Assembly: GCA_965209055.1 (NCBI GenBank)
Contig: OZ242374.1
Coordinates: 3,168,001-3,232,000 of the forward strand
DNA: 64,000 bases
Direction of reading: 5' to 3'
From: Acidobacteriota bacterium
GTDB taxonomy: Bacteria; Acidobacteriota; UBA6911; RPQK01; JAJDTT01
Shown: piece after piece, positions 60,346-64,000 of the stretch
Layout of the letters: each line of letters opens with the position of its first letter
Numbering within the stretch: position 1 is the first letter of the stretch
Translations under genes and position numbers: made by a program
The notes under the pieces: generated by a model
Seen by the model: the letters and a program-made list of their open reading frames with translations, nothing else
What the model was told of the DNA's origin: nothing
Databases searched by the model: none

Positions 60346-61535
60346 GGAAGGTCTGATTAAGTCCTCATATGGGGCGAAACAGACCTTGTATCCCTCCCTT
60401 TTTCGGATCCAGACGCTCTAACCTGGGATTTGCAACCCTGAATTGGTCTTGACCAAGCGATTGCGAGACGGTTTCCCCAGCCTCAAACACAGCCGTGCCG
60501 CATTCCGATCAGGCGGTCACACCGGAGCGCTCGGCGATCATCAGATTGGCGAATCCCACCAGCAGATAGATCCGTTGGGTGTTTTTCGCCAGCCCGCGGT
60601 AGCGCACCTTGGCGTAGCCGAAATGCCGTTTCAGGTACCCGAACACATGTTCTGCCTTCGCCCGTACCGATGCCTTACGCCGCTCGGCCAACGCCGCCTC
60701 ACTCTCCGGCGACAGCTGCCAACGCTTCCCGGGCTTCATCATCACCTGCCAATCCACCGGCCGATCTCGATTCTCCGACCGCTTCTGCACTCCCTGGTAT
60801 CCGGAATCCCCCCAAACTTGCGACTCCGAGCCGTGCAGCAATTCGGAGGCCCGCGTCACGTCATGCTCGTTGGCCGGAGCCGTCACCACCGTGTGCGCCA
60901 CCCCCGTCTGGGCGTCCACCCCCAGGTGGGCCTTCATTCCGAAATACCACTGTTTTCCCTTTTTCGTCTGGTGCATCTCCGGATCCCGCGCCCGATCCTT
61001 GTTTTTCGTCGAGGAAGGCGCCGCCAGGATACTCGCGTCCACGATCGTCCCCCGGCTCAGCCGCAGGCCTTGACGCTGCAGGTGAGAACCGATCTCCTCG
61101 AACAGCGCCTCCCCCAGACCATGCTCCTCCAGCCGATGACGGAACTTCAGAATCGTCGTCTCGTCCGGCAGCGGCCCTGTGAGCTTCAGACCCACGAACC
61201 GCCGCACCGACTCCACCTCGTAAAGCAGATCCTCCATCCCCGGATCGCTCAGGTTGTAAAACAACTGCACGCAGTGGATCCGCAGCATCGCCGAGAGCGG
61301 GTAGGGACGCCGGCCCCGTCCCGCTTTCGGGTAAAACGGCTCAATCCGGGCTTCCAACTGCTCCCACGGAATCAACCCGTCCATGCGGACCAGAAACTTC
61401 TCCCGACGGGTCACCCGCTTCTTGGCGTCGTATTCCAGATCTGCGAACGTCCGTTGCGACATCGTCTTTCCCCCCACGCAGTGATGATGAAGGGATTATC
61501 GTGCAGAACGCTGACTCGACTTAATCAGACCTTCC
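60346..61535 (-). mobile_element. IS5-family insertion sequence, 1190 bp
   Basis: 18-bp perfect TIR GGAAGGTCTGATTAAGTC; TTAG duplicated; the empty site is visible in the paralogous copy at 53979-53982. Confidence 0.95.
60509..61462 (-). CDS. IS5 transposase
   Basis: PDETTILKFR, IVDAS, QWYFGMKAH.GVD, WGDSGYQG, RAKAEHVF, VRYRGLAKN. Confidence 0.95.
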   Translation of the reverse strand: MSQRTFADLEYDAKKRVTRREKFLVRMDGLIPWEQLEARIEPFYPKAGRGRRPYPLSAMLRIHCVQLFYNLSDPGMEDLLYEVESVRRFVGLKLTGPLPDETTILKFRHRLEEHGLGEALFEEIGSHLQRQGLRLSRGTIVDASILAAPSSTKNKDRARDPEMHQTKKGKQWYFGMKAHLGVDAQTGVAHTVVTAPANEHDVTRASELLHGSESQVWGDSGYQGVQKRSENRDRPVDWQVMMKPGKRWQLSPESEAALAERRKASVRAKAEHVFGYLKRHFGYAKVRYRGLAKNTQRIYLLVGFANLMIAERSGVTA

Positions 61536-61590
61536 TTAGATCCGGCGCCGTCTCGTCATCCATTTCAAAAATCATCTACGGAGGAAACCG

Positions 61591-62184
61591 ATGGTGGAAC
61601 TGAATTCGACTTGGAAGAGGAATTTCGACGTCTACGACAGGATCAGGCGGCTGGGAATCGATCTGGGGAAGAAGGAAGACTCACTTCCGCCTCCGGGCGC
61701 GCAGAACCTAGCCCAGGCCACCTTCACCCCCTCGGGTCTGATCTTCCTTTCCGGCACCACTGCCGGCATGGGGGCGGTCACCGACGACGATGCGGAGATC
61801 GAGAAGGGGGCCGCGGCGGCTCGCGAGGCGGGTATCGCGCACATCCGCGTTCTGCACTGGGGACTCCATCCTCAGGGGTCGCTGAACGATGTCTGGTACT
61901 GCGTCAAAGGCCTCGGCATGGTCAACTCGGCCGGCGGCGGGGTCCTGACCCTCTCGCACCTGGTCGTCAACGGATATTCGAAAGTCTTTCATGACGTCTT
62001 CGGCGGACCGCTGTCGCAGTTTGCGGAAGACGGCAAGGATCAGTCGCTTTCGGGCTGGCATGCACGCAGTGCCGTCGGTGGGTTCGATCTGCCCGCGGGA
62101 GTCCGGGCCGAACCCGAGATGATCGTCCAGATCGACCCCGAGCTTGCTTTGAGAATCATCCGGGAGAAAGGCCCTCATGCGTAG
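61591..62184 (+). CDS. RidA/YjgF-family protein (copy 3, intact)
   Basis: Two amino-acid differences from 54033-54626. Confidence 0.85.
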   Translation: MVELNSTWKRNFDVYDRIRRLGIDLGKKEDSLPPPGAQNLAQATFTPSGLIFLSGTTAGMGAVTDDDAEIEKGAAAAREAGIAHIRVLHWGLHPQGSLNDVWYCVKGLGMVNSAGGGVLTLSHLVVNGYSKVFHDVFGGPLSQFAEDGKDQSLSGWHARSAVGGFDLPAGVRAEPEMIVQIDPELALRIIREKGPHA

Positions 62185-62195
62185 GACCGGGAACG

Positions 62196-62300
62196 GTAGG
62201 AGGGGGGACATTCCTGTCCCCCTCTTCGCTTTTGCAATCACAGCGCCCAGTTGATCTGGAGGTCGGAAAAGGATCGGGATAGGGACAGTCCGCTTTTCCC
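62196..62300. repeat. REP-like hairpin followed by a junction palindrome copy
   Basis: gtaggaggggggacattcctgtccccctc (62196); gggatagggacagtccgcttttccc (62276-62300). Confidence 0.7.
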
Positions 62301-62333
62301 GAGGTTAGGCTCTCCTGACTCTCGCGGAATCCC

Positions 62334-63212
62334 TCATTCGCCTGCGACTTCGATCAGCAAGCGGCAGTGATCGCTCGCACCCCACTCTTCGACGGAGTTC
62401 ATGGCGCGAACCTTGACGCTCTTGTGGAAGCCGCGTGAGGCGAACGCATAGTCGAGCTGAAGCTGGGCAGTCTCGGGGGACCGGCGGACCGTGTGGTAGG
62501 TAGGCACGTTCCGAGTATCGGGCGGCAAGCCCGGGGGTGTGGGGTGCGCCTGCCGTCCCCCAGGATATTTGGGTCCTATGAACTCCAAACCGAGTGCGTC
62601 CATTCTGTGAAATACGCTGCCGTCGCGCGACCTAGGCGCTGACGGAACGTCGTCGGTTCCCTCGTAGACCATATTGAGGTCGCCCGCCGCCAGTATTCGA
62701 TGTGTGCTTGGATCGAAGTTGCCTATGAATGCCGAAATGTCGGAGATAATGCGGTGGGCTGAAACGTCGGCATTGCCTACCTTCCACTTACTCTTCGTAG
62801 ACGGGTGCGGCCTTATCCATCGCGCATACATGGACACGGCGATGAATGCCGGGGCATCCTTTGGGATCACCCTGGCCGCGGCAATTGTGCCGATACCGCT
62901 GACGGCGACCTCGTCCTCCTTCGTTTCGCTGATCGGGCTAACCTGCTTGAACCATTCGACTTGGACCCGGTCGGAGAGTTTCACGACCATCGGGAAGCGG
63001 TCGTATAGTTTCTTGAATCGACCCTCAAACCAACGCGAATTCCATACGTGTGGGTCCCAATGTTCCGCGCTACCGGTCTGGACCCTGTCAGCAACGCCGT
63101 TTGGTATTTTTCCGGCTTCTTGGAGTAACGCGACGTCGGCATCCATTTCCACGAGTTGATTCCATGGTTTGCGCCGCTTATTGATGTTCCAACACACTAT
63201 TTTGGTTGCCAT
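62334..63212 (-). CDS. Endonuclease/exonuclease/phosphatase (EEP) family protein
   Basis: CWNI, ADVALLQE, AAGDLN, LDY.F, SDH. Confidence 0.85.
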   Translation of the reverse strand: MATKIVCWNINKRRKPWNQLVEMDADVALLQEAGKIPNGVADRVQTGSAEHWDPHVWNSRWFEGRFKKLYDRFPMVVKLSDRVQVEWFKQVSPISETKEDEVAVSGIGTIAAARVIPKDAPAFIAVSMYARWIRPHPSTKSKWKVGNADVSAHRIISDISAFIGNFDPSTHRILAAGDLNMVYEGTDDVPSAPRSRDGSVFHRMDALGLEFIGPKYPGGRQAHPTPPGLPPDTRNVPTYHTVRRSPETAQLQLDYAFASRGFHKSVKVRAMNSVEEWGASDHCRLLIEVAGE

Positions 63213-63470
63213 TTCTACCTCTGAAGTCGTATTCGCAAGTGTTGTAGCAAGGTCATTTTGAACACTGTCTCTGACTCAGGCGCTGTTCGCTTCCCCAGCC
63301 GGAAGCCTATTTCATACTCGTCTCGTGCCCTCAGGAGTTGGCGGGATTGTGCCATTGGAAGGAGGAGGTTCTTTGGGTAAGCCCTAATTCTGAGATAAGC
63401 ATGGGAGCGGCATGGAAAGCGGGACACTCGTGTGCCCCCTCTTCATCGCCGATCCGGAATCGGGGGTTAA

Positions 63471-64000
63471 CAACCCATAAGCGCTAACTTGTTTAATGGT
63501 CCATAAAATATCTGCAGACTTGACTGAACCTTTTTCGGGGAGGTTCTGCCAAGGACGCCGAGATTTCGTGCCATTCGTCGACCATGCGGGTCAGGGAATA
63601 CGCCGGCTCAATGGCTCGCGTGACCTGGTTCAAAGCGAATTTGAACTCACGCCACGGGCTGCGAGTCCGGTCGGATCGCGACATCGTATCCCCAGGGGGA
63701 AATGGTTCGCGCATGGCGGAGCACCTTTTCGACCAGGAGCGCCACCAACAGCTTGCCGTACAACCAAGCCTGGGCACTTGCCTCATCGTGCTTCGGGAGG
63801 TGGCCGAGTTGGGCCAGGGACTTGAAGCGCTTGAAGACCAGCTCAACTTGCCAGCGCAGGCGGTACCACTCCAGCACCTCGGCGGCTGGGAACTCCTCGG
63901 CTGGGTAGGTGGTGAAAACGATGACGTAGCGCGCGAACCGCAGAGTTTCCGGCTGCACCCGTTTGCCCTTGCGCCGAGCCGTCCGGCGGATCTTTCGATG
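63471..64000 (-). mobile_element. IS4-family element, right end and C-terminal transposase (runs off the window)
   Basis: YRLRWQVELVFKRFKS (YREK-like motif); terminus approximately caacccataagcgctaact. Confidence 0.8.

Noticed and set aside
52753-62184. Duplications as pure assembly repeats
   Set aside because: Copies are diverged, have distinct deletions, and one carries its own IS5 with a target duplication. Strain co-assembly is still not excluded without long reads.
25075-62300. Classical integron (attC cassettes)
   Set aside because: No IntI, no RYYYAAC...GTTRRRY sites seen, cargo lies in both orientations, and junctions carry host-gene fragments.

Overview
GC-rich bacterial chromosome segment. 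DUF1501/DUF1553 proteins and a carboxypeptidase-like-domain TonB receptor suggest an Acidobacteriota/PVC-like organism (inference). About 1-25 kb is mostly housekeeping: DUF1501 x2, a PSD1 cytochrome protein, D-cysteine desulfhydrase, CDF and Nramp-like transporters, a TonB receptor with a ~320-aa His/Asp/Glu insert, tRNA-Arg(UCG) and leuB. About 25-64 kb is a mosaic defence/TA island: Hachiman-like pair, GmrSD, DUF5131-TcmP, HNH, type I RM, several TA modules, uncharacterised lower-GC genes, and IS3/IS5/IS4/IS1595 elements. The most striking unexplained structure is a ~25-bp imperfect palindrome (approx. GGGAGAAGGGGACAGTCACCTTCTCTC). I count about 19 copies by eye, and they sit at the junctions between cargo genes and truncated, often synonymously diverged copies of neighbouring host genes. 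This suggests a site-marked cassette-accretion system that stacks defence cargo behind host genes. No enzyme for it is encoded in the window. All calls are from reading the sequence; no database searches were run.
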